64,000 nucleotides of DNA from Candidatus Pelearchaeum maunauluense (GCA_030059675.1 JANVYQ010000001.1:192001-256000); one strand, 5' to 3'; positions 38,655 through 49,724 are shown, numbered from the stretch's first letter. Notes: generated by a model not told the origin, from the sequence alone. Translations and numbers: made by a program.

Positions 38655-38721
38655 CCCCAAAATCCCACACCATTTTTATGGCTAATACTAATATAGTGAG
38701 CCACGTCGCTGCACTACGTTT

Positions 38722-39702
38722 ATGACGCTGCTCACAGAACTGGCATACGCGGGGCTCATCATAATAGCCTCATTTGGCATTGCTTCATTATCTTGGGTTA
38801 TTCTAAAGAGATACGCGACCTCATGGGTTACGAAGACCAAAACACCGCTTGACGATATCATCATACAAGTAGTGAGGCTACCGCTCTACCTATCCATACT
38901 ACTGGTGGGCATTAACCTAGCTCTTAAGAGGATTGGCATTTTTGAGCCGTATCTACGCTACCTGGACATGGGATTCTATGCCATGTGGGCAGTCATCATC
39001 GGCCGCATATTTTACCGATTCACCGACTCGGCTGTTCCAGTACTGGCTAGGAAGGCCGATATACCGCTAACCCCCGCTGAAGTGATTAGAAAGACGATAA
39101 AGTGGATAATCATAATCGCCATCATAGTATCGCTCTTCGCTATAGTAGGAATAGAGATGAGCGGCGTCATCTCTGTGATAATGCTAGTCCTGGGCACCCT
39201 GATAATCCTAGCATTCGCAACGTGGAGCATAATGGGCAACATAACCGCTGGCGTAGTTCTAATGATATGGAGACCCATAGAGGTCGGAGACTATATAGAG
39301 ATAAGCCCAGACAACATACAAGGCCGCGTGGAAAACATCAACCTAATGTTCACACGCCTCCGTATGAAGACTGGTGAGACGATGAACATACCAAACACCA
39401 TGGTTCTCCAGAAGTATGTGCGAAACCTCAGCAAGTCAGGAACCTACCTGATACAGCTCTCCTACAAGTTCAACGTCTCGCAAGACCCTGAGACCGTGTC
39501 AGCTCTGCTTATAGACGCTGCCGAGAAGACCGAGGGAATCCTCAAGAACCCCAGGCCATTCGTCAAGGTTAAGAATATTGAAGACGACTCTGTGGTTTAC
39601 GAGCTGAATGCGTATATAAACAGGCCTGCCGACCACGAGGAGATAACCTCTACACTCAGGTTAAATGTGCTTAAAACACTCAAGTCATCTCAAGGACATT
39701 AG
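38722..39702 (+). CDS. small-conductance mechanosensitive channel (MscS family)
   Basis: TKTKTPLDD, GNITAGV...RPIEVGDYI..G.VENINL..T...IPN, P.P.V...YEL. Confidence 0.9.
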   Translation: MTLLTELAYAGLIIIASFGIASLSWVILKRYATSWVTKTKTPLDDIIIQVVRLPLYLSILLVGINLALKRIGIFEPYLRYLDMGFYAMWAVIIGRIFYRFTDSAVPVLARKADIPLTPAEVIRKTIKWIIIIAIIVSLFAIVGIEMSGVISVIMLVLGTLIILAFATWSIMGNITAGVVLMIWRPIEVGDYIEISPDNIQGRVENINLMFTRLRMKTGETMNIPNTMVLQKYVRNLSKSGTYLIQLSYKFNVSQDPETVSALLIDAAEKTEGILKNPRPFVKVKNIEDDSVVYELNAYINRPADHEEITSTLRLNVLKTLKSSQGH

Positions 39703-39704
39703 CC

Positions 39705-40686
39705 ATGCAGGGTATGGAGACTAGGGAGCACGCGTTAATAGGGCTTGTGATAATCTCGATAATAATAGCTACTGGCTCTATCTTATTCTCATTCATGAAG
39801 GGCATAAACATCTTTGACGCGTTCTACTGGACGATAACTGTATTGACAACGATTGGCTTTGGGAATATTGTACCAACGACTCCACAGGCTAAGATTCTGT
39901 ATATAGCGCTGGTAGTGTCGGGTATAGCGTTTTATGGCTATTTCGTAACCAGCATAAGCGAGTCAAAGCCGAAAACATCTTAGCAGCGTATTTGCCTGGG
40001 ATATACATGTCGCGTAGGTTGCAGAACCATACGATAATAATTGGCTGGAATAGGTTCTCTGAGGCTGCCTATGAATAGCTGGAGATAAACGGCAGAAATC
40101 CAGTCGTTGTTGTTGAGGATGAAGAGAGGGCGCGTATGCTCTCTAGGAGCGGTGTTAGGGTTATGTATGGCGACCCCGCAGATGAGAATATTCTAAAAGA
40201 AGCGGGGATAGGTGGATGTAGTTCTCTATAATCATAACTGATGTAAATACTGAGAAGAAGCTTATCTATATGCTCAAGACACGAAAGCTACGCGGGGGTG
40301 TTCCTATCATAGTTCTGAGCAGGAAGCGGGGGATGCGCGACATCTATAAACAAGCGGGAGCAACGCGCATAGTTGACGCATACGATATTGTTGGAAGGCT
40401 TCTGGCGGGAAGTGTCTTTGAGCCGCTAGCGAGTGAGGTTTTATATGATATGGCTGAATCCTCCAAGGATCTAGACATAACCGAGGCGGGGGTAGGAGTA
40501 GAAGCAACGATAGAAGAGCTGGAGCAGCAAGGATTCAAAGCACACATAATACTCGTAGAACGGAACAATGAGAGAATATACACGCCACCATATAATTTCA
40601 GGCTAAAACCTGGCGATAAGGTTGTTTTGGTTGGAAATGCCAGCGATATAGCTAGGGACTTGAGAATGCTCGGCGGTGGGTCATAG
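39705..40686 (+). pseudogene. two-TM potassium channel with RCK (TrkA-N/TrkA-C) domains, disrupted
   Basis: Pore DAFYW...TTIGFGNIVP; RCK NHTIIIGWNRF...YGDPADENILKEAGI; frameshift at about 39960, TAG at 40076-40078, frameshift at about 40225. Confidence 0.88.
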
Positions 40687-40688
40687 GT

Positions 40689-40970
40689 TTAGGCCTGTGA
40701 GGAACGTATGGTTTCTAATATGCTTATGGCCATCCAGAGCTGTGTGCGTGTGAATGTCGGCATATTCGGGTCTGAGATTATCTCTTCAATCATTTCTATA
40801 GAGTTCGCAGCCCTTACTGCGGGTGAATATTTTTCGTTGAAAAGCTCTTCGGCGGCCTGTTTGGCTACTCTACGTATATTGCGCGGCGTACCCATATCGT
40901 TGGCGATTGTCTCAAGTATTTGGACAACATTCTGCCTCTTAGTTTCCCATTCCTGTTTAGCCTCAGCCAT
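40689..40970 (-). CDS. UPF0147 family protein
   Basis: I.ND.GTPRNIRR.A...RAAN.I...EEI..DPNMP.FTRT.LW..IS.LE. Confidence 0.9.
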   Translation of the reverse strand: MAEAKQEWETKRQNVVQILETIANDMGTPRNIRRVAKQAAEELFNEKYSPAVRAANSIEMIEEIISDPNMPTFTRTQLWMAISILETIRSSQA

Positions 40971-41129
40971 ATCTCAGCCGCCTCGGTCATCCTAACGCTA
41001 TATGAGCAACCATGCCTCCTACTTAAAAACATAACCCCAACACGATGGGTATAAAGAATCTTAGCAGAAAACAGTAGTTATACTCACGACATACCGACAG
41101 TAATAACGACAAGTGAAGAAATAATGAAG

Positions 41130-42809
41130 TTATTGTATCGTTGGCTTCGTTATAGCTCCTAGTGATGCAGAGGCTACTAGTGATGCATATTTTGCGAGGA
41201 GTCCGCTGGTATAGCGTGGTGGGCGCGGACGCCAACTCTCAAGTCGTTTCTTCAACTCGTTCTCAGAGACGAGCACGTCAAGCCTACCCTTCTCAGCGTC
41301 TATGACTATCTTATCACCTTCTTCCACCACCGCTATAGGGCCCCCCACAGCAGCCTCAGGCGATGTGTGCCCCACCATCATACCGCGTGTGGCGCCGCTA
41401 AACCTGCCATCAGTAACCATAGCGACATGCTCGCCCAGCCCAGCACCCACGATAGCCGCTGTTACGCGGAGCATCTCAGGCATGCCAGGACCGCCGCGCG
41501 GCCCTTCATACCTAATGACTACCACATCGCCTTCTTGTATCTCGTTACGTCTAAGGGCTTCAAAAACGCCCTCCTCGCCGTCAAAGGGTTTAGCCCTGCC
41601 CTCAAAGCGCGTAATTCCCGTTGCAGCGACCTTCAGTACGGCGCCTTCAGGCGCAAGTGTGCCGCGTAGTATCTTAATGCCGCCAGTCGGCTTGATGGGT
41701 TGGGAAACCTCCTTAACTATATGCGAGTGCTGAACTTCTGGGAATTTGTAGCTCTCCAAGCTCTCCTTGAGGGACTTCCCGCTTATGGTGAGGACATCGC
41801 CATTTAGAAGGCCTGCCTTCATGAGCTTCCGCAGGATTATGGGGACACCACCAACCTGGTCTAGGTCGGACATCACGTAGAGGCCGCCAGGCCTCAGGCT
41901 GGCTATGTAGGGGGTCTTGCTGGATATTCTCTCAAAGTCTTCCAGCGAGAGCTTTACACCAGCCTCGTAAGCTATGGCGAGCAGGTGAAGGATAGCGTTG
42001 GTAGAGCCGCCCATAGCCATCAACACCGCTATGGCATTTTCAAACGCTTCAAAGGTCATGATGTCGCGTGGCTTGAGGCCAGTTTCTATAGCCTTGGCAA
42101 GCGCCATACCAGTCTCATACGCGTACGCTGCTCTCCGCGCTGATGTCGCAGGCGGGGATGCGCTGCCTAGTAGAGCTATGCCCAGGGCCTCGGAGAGGGA
42201 GGCCATAGTATTGGCCGTGAAGAGGCCAGCACATGTTCCATACGTTGGATGGGCGAAACGCTCAACCATCAAGAGCTCTTCCTCGCTAACAATCCCCTTG
42301 ACATAGCCGCCCAGCGACTCATACACATCCTCAATAGTCAGCTTCCTATCGCCGCAGAAGCCAGGCTCCGCAGTTCCACCGTATAGATATGCGGCAGGCC
42401 TGTTGATGCGCGCCATGGCCATCATAAGCCCAGGCTCAGTCTTATCACAGCCTCCTATACCTACGAAACCATCAAACGCGTGAGCCATCACCTGCGCTTC
42501 AGCCGTGTCTGCGATTAGCTCGCGGCTCACCAAACTATAACGCATACCCTCAGTTCCCATGCTTATGTTATCATTCACCACTATCGTAGGCATGGCGAGG
42601 GCTGAGGCACCCATACTTCTAATCCCCTCCTTAACGTATCTGACGAGGTTGAGAGTGTGGAAGTTGCATGGCCCAGCCTCGCTCCAGGCAACCACGACGG
42701 CGGCGAGAGGCTTGCCCACATCCTCGTCCGTCAGCCCTACAGAGCGCAGAAAAGCACGATGGGGAGCATTAACAATACCAACATAACGCTCAACGCTAGG
42801 CCTATCCAT
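41130..42809 (-). CDS. ilvD: dihydroxy-acid dehydratase
   Basis: [55 protein letters not shown]. Confidence 0.96.
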   Translation of the reverse strand: MDRPSVERYVGIVNAPHRAFLRSVGLTDEDVGKPLAAVVVAWSEAGPCNFHTLNLVRYVKEGIRSMGASALAMPTIVVNDNISMGTEGMRYSLVSRELIADTAEAQVMAHAFDGFVGIGGCDKTEPGLMMAMARINRPAAYLYGGTAEPGFCGDRKLTIEDVYESLGGYVKGIVSEEELLMVERFAHPTYGTCAGLFTANTMASLSEALGIALLGSASPPATSARRAAYAYETGMALAKAIETGLKPRDIMTFEAFENAIAVLMAMGGSTNAILHLLAIAYEAGVKLSLEDFERISSKTPYIASLRPGGLYVMSDLDQVGGVPIILRKLMKAGLLNGDVLTISGKSLKESLESYKFPEVQHSHIVKEVSQPIKPTGGIKILRGTLAPEGAVLKVAATGITRFEGRAKPFDGEEGVFEALRRNEIQEGDVVVIRYEGPRGGPGMPEMLRVTAAIVGAGLGEHVAMVTDGRFSGATRGMMVGHTSPEAAVGGPIAVVEEGDKIVIDAEKGRLDVLVSENELKKRLESWRPRPPRYTSGLLAKYASLVASASLGAITKPTIQ

Positions 42810-42940
42810 AACGCCATCAACAGCCCAGACAGTTAATAAGCATTACTTACATGATGCTTCTTGCTCTGAGCCTTTCTGCTGGTTTCATTTGAGTTATATA
42901 TGGCTTTGGCGCGCAGCTATTAAGCGGGGCTGCTGCGGGT

Positions 42941-43903
42941 TTGGCTGCCAAACTAATGGCACGCGGAATCTACTCAACCGCCCTAGTCAACCTAGCTTTA
43001 AAAGACGGGAAGTTTGAGCTCGTCCAACCCACAGAGTCTCAGAAAAGACGCTTCAACATCCAGGCAGTCGAAGACGAGCCAGACATAACAATCAACGACG
43101 CAAACGATAGGCACGCCGTCAAGATAGCAGGCCGTGAGGATGAGGTTAGAGAGTTCATAAGTCTTCTAAGAGCTTATGACGATAGCTCGGCAATATGGTG
43201 GAAGACCACAGGCAGCACAGCGTTATGCGTGGTTTCGTTCTCTCTAGATTCTAAGGTGAAGCTTGACAAGCTAAGGAGTGAGGTTACATATACTGTTCCC
43301 TGGCACCATTACTGTAGGTCTGGTAGTGAGGGGCTGTCTCTTATGGTTTCTATGGCTGAGAGGTTGGTTGAGGAGGGGCTGGCTGGACCAGAGCAGGTAA
43401 ATCAAGTTTTCCAGGAGGAAATTAACCGCCTCACGCCCCGCGTAGGCACGCGCATACACATAACACACACCAAACTAAATGGCAGGCTAATATCCCTCTC
43501 CCCAGGCAAGGTGATATGGCGACGCAGCGGCGACCTAAAGATAACCCGCACAATAATGAGCAGTGGACTATACGATGGCCTCAGAGTACCTAGAACGCTG
43601 GGAGACACAGCCGTCATGTACATCAAGAGAGGCCAGCCATACACGACAACAAAATACTACAGCCAAGACGGAACGCTCAAAGGAGAATACTACAACATAT
43701 GCACACCCGTTGAAGTATTTGATAGCTACATACGTTATATAGACCTTGGGGTTGATGTTGTACGCCGCCCAAATAGCGAGCCTGAGATTATAGATGCGGA
43801 GGAGCTGGAGGAGGCGTTGGCTAGGGGCGTAATCTCTGAGAGGATTTACCGCGAGGCCATGGATATTGCCAAGAAGCTCTATGATTCGCTCTGCGGCTCA
43901 TAG
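42941..43903 (+). CDS. FAU-1-like / DUF402-domain protein
   Basis: RGIYSTAL N-terminus, GLYDGL, KGEYYNICTPVE...YIDLGVDVV...D.EEL. Confidence 0.85.
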   Translation: MAAKLMARGIYSTALVNLALKDGKFELVQPTESQKRRFNIQAVEDEPDITINDANDRHAVKIAGREDEVREFISLLRAYDDSSAIWWKTTGSTALCVVSFSLDSKVKLDKLRSEVTYTVPWHHYCRSGSEGLSLMVSMAERLVEEGLAGPEQVNQVFQEEINRLTPRVGTRIHITHTKLNGRLISLSPGKVIWRRSGDLKITRTIMSSGLYDGLRVPRTLGDTAVMYIKRGQPYTTTKYYSQDGTLKGEYYNICTPVEVFDSYIRYIDLGVDVVRRPNSEPEIIDAEELEEALARGVISERIYREAMDIAKKLYDSLCGS

Positions 43904-43919
43904 CGTGTTGGTGGTGTTT

Positions 43920-44522
43920 TTGGCTGGTGTCTTAATAGCTGTTGAGGGAATTGATGGGGCAGGCAAAACCACGCAAGCAAAGCGTCTAGTTCGTCTTCTT
44001 AATAGGATGGGAGTTAGGGCGGTCTATACGCGCGAGCCTACAGGCGGCAGCATAGGCAAGCTAGTGAGACGCCATCTATCTGGTAGGAAAACATACTCAG
44101 AAGAGACCGTAACGCTGCTCTTTGCAGCAGATAGGCTAGACCACATACAGCGCTTCATAGAGCCACAGCTAAAACGTGGAATAACAATAGTGGCAGACCG
44201 CTACGTTCATTCATCAATAGCATATCAAGCAGCAGCCACAGGTATGCGCGAGTGGGTGATTTCCGTAAATAGCCTCGCGCGGCGGCCTGACATTTCTATA
44301 TTTGTTGACGTGAATCCTAGGGAGGCGCTGGAGAGATTGAGTAGTAGAAGGAAGTATGTTTATGAGCGTTTGGAGTTTCTGGAAAGGGTGAGGAGCGAAT
44401 ATATTCGTCTCGTAGAGAGTGGTGAGATGATAGTGGTTGATGGTTCGGGAACACGCGGAGAGGTGGCTCAACGTATATCAACGGTTGTTGAGCCTCTTCT
44501 AAGAGAGCGGGGCTTGATATGA
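43920..44522 (+). CDS. tmk: thymidylate kinase
   Basis: EGIDGAGKTTQ, TREP, LFAADR, DRYVHSSIAYQ. Confidence 0.95.
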   Translation: MAGVLIAVEGIDGAGKTTQAKRLVRLLNRMGVRAVYTREPTGGSIGKLVRRHLSGRKTYSEETVTLLFAADRLDHIQRFIEPQLKRGITIVADRYVHSSIAYQAAATGMREWVISVNSLARRPDISIFVDVNPREALERLSSRRKYVYERLEFLERVRSEYIRLVESGEMIVVDGSGTRGEVAQRISTVVEPLLRERGLI

Positions 44523-45712
44523 AGGTCAAGCTCATCAAAGACCCCATACACGGCTACATAGAGCTTAATGAGCATGAGGTAAGGATTATAGACACAGCCG
44601 CGTTTCAGCGTCTTAGGAGGATAATACAGCTACCCCTGGCGTATCTAGTCTATCCTGGGGCTAGACACTCAAGATTTGACCACTCGCTAGGTAGTTTTCA
44701 CCTAGCCAAAGAGTTTGCCACACATCTGGGGCTCGAAGAGTATAGACGCCGCGTCCTAACAGTTGCGGCTCTCTTACACGACATAGGCCACACACCGTAC
44801 TCACATCTCTTGGAGGCAATTCTGTTAGAGAATAGCATGACCCACGAGGATATGAGCATACGGTTAATTAAAGAAGAGACAGAGTTGGCCTCCGCTATTG
44901 AGAGCTACGACATAAGAATACGTGATGTTGTTGATGTTTTGGAGAAACGGCTCCCAGAGAGCGCTGTAATAATAGGCCCCATGGATGTGGATAAGATGGA
45001 TTTTCTGGTTCGCGATTCTTACTTTACTGGAGCCATGTACGGGATGATTGATACTCGCAGGATTATTCGCCTGAGCGCTTTTGTTGAGGGTAGGCTTGCG
45101 GTCAATATAAGGGGGCTTGGGGCTATTGAGGAGATGGCCATAGCGCGTCTTCAGTCATTTCTCAACATCTATTTCCACCACGCAACACGCGGAGCGCAGC
45201 AGCTACTACTTAACGCAGCACGCCAACTATCTGAAGAGCTAGACTTCCCAAGAATGACGGTAGAGGAGTATCTGGAACACGACGATATATCGGTGTGGTC
45301 TCTTCTCAAAAGAAACGAAAAGACACGCGGAGTTATAAAACGGCTTGAGCGCCGTATCTTACCCAAACGGGTTTATGAGACCCGCCTCATAGGTGGTAAA
45401 ACTCCCGCCAGGCTATTGAGCGATAAGGAGCTTCAACATAGCATCGCTACTTCCATAGCGTCGCGCGCTGGCCTACGACGCGAGCTTGTATGGATAGACA
45501 CTCCCTACGTCCCGCCTCTGCCGATGGAGGAACCTTCAGCAGTCATCTTCTTCTCTGAAGATGATGGAGAACGCCGTATAGTTAATGTATCATCACCATT
45601 CCTCCAGCAGGTATCAGAGATTTACAATATAGTCCGCGTATATACGGATTCTCATGAGAGGGAGAAAGTAGCGCGAGCTGCTGCGGAGATTTTCGGCCAG
45701 CCCCAGCTCTAG
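44519..45712 (+). CDS. HD-domain phosphohydrolase (SAMHD1/dNTPase-like)
   Basis: DPIHGYI, FQRLRRI.QL..A..VYPGA.HSRFDHSLG, LLHDIGH.PYSH, DVDKMDFLVRDS, IYFH. Confidence 0.92.
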   Translation: MKVKLIKDPIHGYIELNEHEVRIIDTAAFQRLRRIIQLPLAYLVYPGARHSRFDHSLGSFHLAKEFATHLGLEEYRRRVLTVAALLHDIGHTPYSHLLEAILLENSMTHEDMSIRLIKEETELASAIESYDIRIRDVVDVLEKRLPESAVIIGPMDVDKMDFLVRDSYFTGAMYGMIDTRRIIRLSAFVEGRLAVNIRGLGAIEEMAIARLQSFLNIYFHHATRGAQQLLLNAARQLSEELDFPRMTVEEYLEHDDISVWSLLKRNEKTRGVIKRLERRILPKRVYETRLIGGKTPARLLSDKELQHSIATSIASRAGLRRELVWIDTPYVPPLPMEEPSAVIFFSEDDGERRIVNVSSPFLQQVSEIYNIVRVYTDSHEREKVARAAAEIFGQPQL

Positions 45713-46125
45713 TCATGAGACTCTCCAAACCCCTCTTCCACATCAAGCTTCTTCCCAAGATAACCATATATCGCAGCCTTGAGGGCTTTTAACGAGAGGA
45801 GAGCACACTTAACACGCGCAGGCCCCACCTCAACCCCCAGCATGTTAAAAATATCCTGCTTACCCAGCCGCGTTATCTCATCAACATGCTTATTCTGAAT
45901 ACTCTCTATAAGCATGGATGCGGAAGCCTGGCTTATAGCGCAGCCCTGGCCTCGGAAAGTAGCCTTCTCAATCCTACCATCCTCACCAATCTTCAGATAA
46001 ACCTCAATCATATCACCGCATAGTGGGTTGGAGTCCTTAACCTTCACAGTAGCGTTTTCAAGAACGCCGAAATTACGCGGATTCCGATAATGGTCCAAGA
46101 TTATCTCAAACTGAATATCAGACAA
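45709..46125 (-). CDS. Fe-S cluster scaffold, SufU/IscU family
   Basis: ILDHYRNPRNFG, NPLCGD, GCAISQASAS, RVKCALL. Confidence 0.93.
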   Translation of the reverse strand: MSDIQFEIILDHYRNPRNFGVLENATVKVKDSNPLCGDMIEVYLKIGEDGRIEKATFRGQGCAISQASASMLIESIQNKHVDEITRLGKQDIFNMLGVEVGPARVKCALLSLKALKAAIYGYLGKKLDVEEGFGESHD

Positions 46126-46216
46126 AATCTCCCCTCTACCTAGAGCGTTTCATCCTAGGATATAACCATGTCTCGGATTAAAACTAGAATTGTAAAACAA
46201 TTAATTATGTCAAGAA

Positions 46217-46876
46217 TCAGAGTTGCTGTAGTTCGGCCTTAACCTCCTCACCCTCTATTATTATTGACGCACAGTAGTTATTCCTTGCCGGGCCGGCGTT
46301 TATTACTGTTGTTTTCTCCAGCTTGGAGATTGAACGAGCCTCGTGTATGTGTCCGCATGATACTAGGATTGGCGCGGTTTTCTCCACATATTCGCGTATT
46401 GCCATGCTTCCTACGTGTCTTCCTCCTACGTGGTCTGCTTCCGCTCCATGTGGCGGTGTGTGGCTGAGGAGTATAAATCTACCGCTGGGCGGCTTTAATT
46501 CACTAAGCATAGAGCTGAACTGCTCCTCGTTAAACTCAATTATGGTACCTACAGATTTAGGCCCTCCTCCGCCTAGGCCTACGATTCCCAGCTCGCCGAG
46601 CATGGCCGATTTGAGATGCAGGTTGGTTATCTTCTCCGTCGCGGGCTGCCAGTTGAGCAGCGCCTCTGGGTCGCAGTTACCCGCCACAAAGAAGACACGC
46701 GGACAGTGCTCGGCAATCTTTGATAATATCATCTCGGCCTGAGCTATCGTTCCGAAATTCGTTACATCACCCGCCACAAAAACTACATCATAACCCTCAT
46801 CCGCCTTAGCTGCTATCTTCTCAACCGCCACCATGCTTCCATGTATGTCTGAGACTTGGAGAATTTTCACCGCCAT
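46217..46876 (-). CDS. calcineurin-like metallophosphoesterase
   Basis: SDIHG, AGDVT, GNCD, SHTPP, CGHIHE. Confidence 0.92.
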   Translation of the reverse strand: MAVKILQVSDIHGSMVAVEKIAAKADEGYDVVFVAGDVTNFGTIAQAEMILSKIAEHCPRVFFVAGNCDPEALLNWQPATEKITNLHLKSAMLGELGIVGLGGGGPKSVGTIIEFNEEQFSSMLSELKPPSGRFILLSHTPPHGAEADHVGGRHVGSMAIREYVEKTAPILVSCGHIHEARSISKLEKTTVINAGPARNNYCASIIIEGEEVKAELQQL

Positions 46877-46933
46877 ACGACTATCTCAAAAAAGGAGGTA
46901 AAAATAAATCTTGACCCCCTCAACAGGGCCAGC

Positions 46934-47350
46934 TCAGGTTTTTTGTTGCCCAGACTCGTAGCCGACTAGCTTTAGTATCCAGTAAAGGAGGTCTCGCTCC
47001 GTTACCATGCCGACCAGCTTCCCCTCATCAACTACGGGTAGGCGTCTAATCCTATTCTCATGCATTATGATAAATGCTCTTAGTATGGGTGTGTCTGGAG
47101 GGCATGTTATGAGCTTCTTGGACATTATTCGGGAGACCGGCTGGTCTGGGAGGTTTTCGTATAAGACAATACCACTTAGTATGTCGCGTTCCGTGATTAT
47201 TCCTACTGGCTCATCACCACTGACAACGACTACCGCTCCGATATTCTTTTTATGCATTGTGAGTAAAGCGTCGCGCACAGTTGTATCAGAGTTTACAGTA
47301 ATCACTGGAGAAGACATTATTTCGCCAATATTCTTAGGTATTTCTTTCAT
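46934..47350 (-). CDS. CBS-domain pair protein
   Basis: IMSSPVITV, GIITERD, IRRLPVVD.GKLVGMVTERD. Confidence 0.92.
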   Translation of the reverse strand: MKEIPKNIGEIMSSPVITVNSDTTVRDALLTMHKKNIGAVVVVSGDEPVGIITERDILSGIVLYENLPDQPVSRIMSKKLITCPPDTPILRAFIIMHENRIRRLPVVDEGKLVGMVTERDLLYWILKLVGYESGQQKT

Positions 47351-47417
47351 TATATCATGATTCTGGGATTATGCTGGATATATAATTATTACCCTACAAT
47401 CTTTACAAGCAGGAGTA

Positions 47418-48389
47418 TTATCTTAGCAGGCGTAGAAATACTTTAAGCCTGCTTAGTGTTTTGTCTATACGTATCTCGTCTGCTATTTTTGTGATGCGCT
47501 CAATATCCTCTCCAGCTAGTTTGAACTCTCCTGCTCCCGCGTTATCACGTGCTTGTTGGGGGTTTTTTACACCAGCTATTGCCACTACTTCAGGCTTTTT
47601 GATGAGCCAGTTAAGTGCCACTTGTGCTGGGGTTCTCTCATACTTATCAGCTATTTCTCGGAGCATCGTAATCAGAGATTGGAGCTTTGTAATGTTATTT
47701 TTGTCAAACAAGATGTTGATTTTTCTTACCGCGTCGCGCGGTAGATTGTTAGGGTCGTATTTTCCCGTGAGAAGCCCCTGAGCCAGTGGGCTGTATGCTA
47801 TTATCGTTATCTTCTCACGCTCAGCATAAGGCAGCAACTCCCGCTCAACATCACGCTCAACTATATTGTATTTAACTTGGTTTGAAACTACCTGCTCGCT
47901 CTTCAGAGCCTCCTGCGCTTTTATCAACTGTTTTAGCGAGAAATTACTAACACCTATGTAGCTTATCTTCCCCTCCCTGACCAGCCTCTCCATAGCACGC
48001 ATAGTCTGGCCTATCGGCACTATTGGGTTAGGCCAGTGAACCTGGTATAGGTCTATCATCTTTATTCTAAGTCTCTTGAGACTCCTTTCACATGCTTTGA
48101 TTACGCCATTATAGGTTGCGTGTGTTGGCCAGACTTTTGTAGCTATAACTACTTGTTCGCGTATATTTCGGATTGCTTTCCCCACTACTTGTTCTGATAT
48201 TCCCTTCCCATAGATTTCTGCCGTGTCTATGAAATTTACACCATGCGCTACTGCTTCTTTAATCGCCGTTATAGCTTCCTCCTCTCCGTAGCCTCGTCCC
48301 CATCCCCACCACTTATCGCCGAACTGCCATGTTCCTACACCAATCTGGGAGATGCGTAATCCTGTGGTGCCGAGCTGTGAGTATAGCAT
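47418..48389 (-). CDS. aldo/keto reductase
   Basis: GTWQFG, IDTAEIYG, ATKV, DLYQVHWP, IGVSNF, YSPLAQG, QVALNW. Confidence 0.95.
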   Translation of the reverse strand: MLYSQLGTTGLRISQIGVGTWQFGDKWWGWGRGYGEEEAITAIKEAVAHGVNFIDTAEIYGKGISEQVVGKAIRNIREQVVIATKVWPTHATYNGVIKACERSLKRLRIKMIDLYQVHWPNPIVPIGQTMRAMERLVREGKISYIGVSNFSLKQLIKAQEALKSEQVVSNQVKYNIVERDVERELLPYAEREKITIIAYSPLAQGLLTGKYDPNNLPRDAVRKINILFDKNNITKLQSLITMLREIADKYERTPAQVALNWLIKKPEVVAIAGVKNPQQARDNAGAGEFKLAGEDIERITKIADEIRIDKTLSRLKVFLRLLR

Positions 48390-48464
48390 AGCTTGTTCTT
48401 CAGCATAGTAGACGCATATTAATTCTATGCGGTTTGAGTTTCAGAAAAATAATATAGGGGTTTA

Positions 48465-48848
48465 TTATGCTTTCCATGTTATTGCCAATATTCCTCCTAT
48501 GATTCCGAGTATTGCTCCGATTATGAATCCTCCGCCTGCGGTGATTAGGCTTAGTGCTGAGAGGACTAGTATTAGGGTGCCCCAGGTCTGGGCTTGGTCT
48601 GGCTTACTATTGAGCATCACCGCTCCCACTAGTATGAGTATTCCGAAGACCAGTCCAAGTATCGGGAGGAATATGGGGAACCACATCCATCCTCCACCTA
48701 TCATACCCATCATGCCGCCGCCCATCATACCTATAGGCTGTCCAAACATGCCCCACATAGCGAAGGTGAATGAACTGCCTATGAGTATGAGGAGTCCTCC
48801 CGTTAGGGAGAGAGCAAATGCTGCCGTTGGTTTATTCTCACTACTCAA
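48465..48848 (-). CDS. four-TM membrane protein with Met/Gly-rich loop
   Basis: PTAAFALSLTGG, GMMGGGMMGM loop, WG.LILV.S.LS...GGGF.IG.ILG.IGG.LA. Confidence 0.8.
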   Translation of the reverse strand: MSSENKPTAAFALSLTGGLLILIGSSFTFAMWGMFGQPIGMMGGGMMGMIGGGWMWFPIFLPILGLVFGILILVGAVMLNSKPDQAQTWGTLILVLSALSLITAGGGFIIGAILGIIGGILAITWKA

Positions 48849-48886
48849 TCACGATCGCCTCACTAAAATAATGAAAGTGTTGTTAA

Positions 48887-49633
48887 TTAATACTCTTCTT
48901 CTGGCTCAACTTCTTGTATGAATTGACCATGCCATGTGTGCGGCCATACAGCGCCGTTATAGCCGTTGACGCTTAACATCCCATACATCTCGCCATCTAG
49001 CATGTAGTCTATCGTGTAGTAGCCGTAGAACATTATCGGCTCCTCCACCTCAACTTCCTGGCCGAGGCGCTGCTCTAAGTAGGTGAGAGCTATCTGGACG
49101 GCTTCCTCTGGAGAAACACTCATCTCACCAGACGGAGCGGATGACGGCCACATACTTTGGTGATGACCATACTTAGTATTCCACATCATGTTAGGGCCTG
49201 GTTCTGGTGTTATGTATCCCGTGTATGGGTTTACTAGAACCTCAAACGCTCCTATGCCAGTGTCGCGCTCGTAGATTACTGCATAGAAGTTGTTGGTGAA
49301 CTCCATTACTTCCAAGATTCCATAGTTATCGCCAAGCTCATCTATGTAGGCTTCAAGCCTTTGTATTACCTCGTCTATTGTGAGGCGTTGTCTTGTCTGT
49401 GTCTCGGAGCTCCACATGCCCCAGCCTCCCATCATTCCGCCCATGCCAGCCCCCGCATAGGGGCAGGCGCCGCCCATGCCGCCCATCCACCAGCTACGCT
49501 GGTCAGGGGAGACGCTTGAAGACCATCCATAAACACCCCAAGGTGAGGAAGCCCAAGCATAAGCAGCTAAAACACCCACTAGAACCGCAGCCAAGGCCGC
49601 TGCAAAGACAACAACAATAATCTTACCATCCAA
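48887..49633 (-). CDS. exported Met/Gly-rich protein with PepSY-like repeats
   Basis: Signal/TM, MGGMGG..MGGMMGG, EVMEFTNNFYA, EPGPNMMWNTKYG, FYGYYT, MLSVNG..G.VWPHTWHG. Confidence 0.75.
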   Translation of the reverse strand: MDGKIIVVVFAAALAAVLVGVLAAYAWASSPWGVYGWSSSVSPDQRSWWMGGMGGACPYAGAGMGGMMGGWGMWSSETQTRQRLTIDEVIQRLEAYIDELGDNYGILEVMEFTNNFYAVIYERDTGIGAFEVLVNPYTGYITPEPGPNMMWNTKYGHHQSMWPSSAPSGEMSVSPEEAVQIALTYLEQRLGQEVEVEEPIMFYGYYTIDYMLDGEMYGMLSVNGYNGAVWPHTWHGQFIQEVEPEEEY

Positions 49634-49685
49634 CGACCTATCACCTCGTAGATATATGATAATTAGGCAACTCTTAGAATTATTG

Positions 49686-49724
49686 TGAAACAGCTTTGAA
49701 ACGACCTGATGAAACTGGTTTCAT
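49686..49724. promoter_or_regulatory. TGAAAC repeat array with palindrome (candidate operator)
   Basis: TGAAAC at 49686, 49697 and 49710, and ATGAAAC-TG-GTTTCAT at 49709-49724, between divergent genes. Confidence 0.6.

Noticed and set aside
30864-40078. Amber recoding (pyrrolysine) suggested by two in-frame TAGs
   Set aside because: TAG is used as a normal stop by many genes here, the K+ channel also has frameshifts, and no pyl genes are present in the window.
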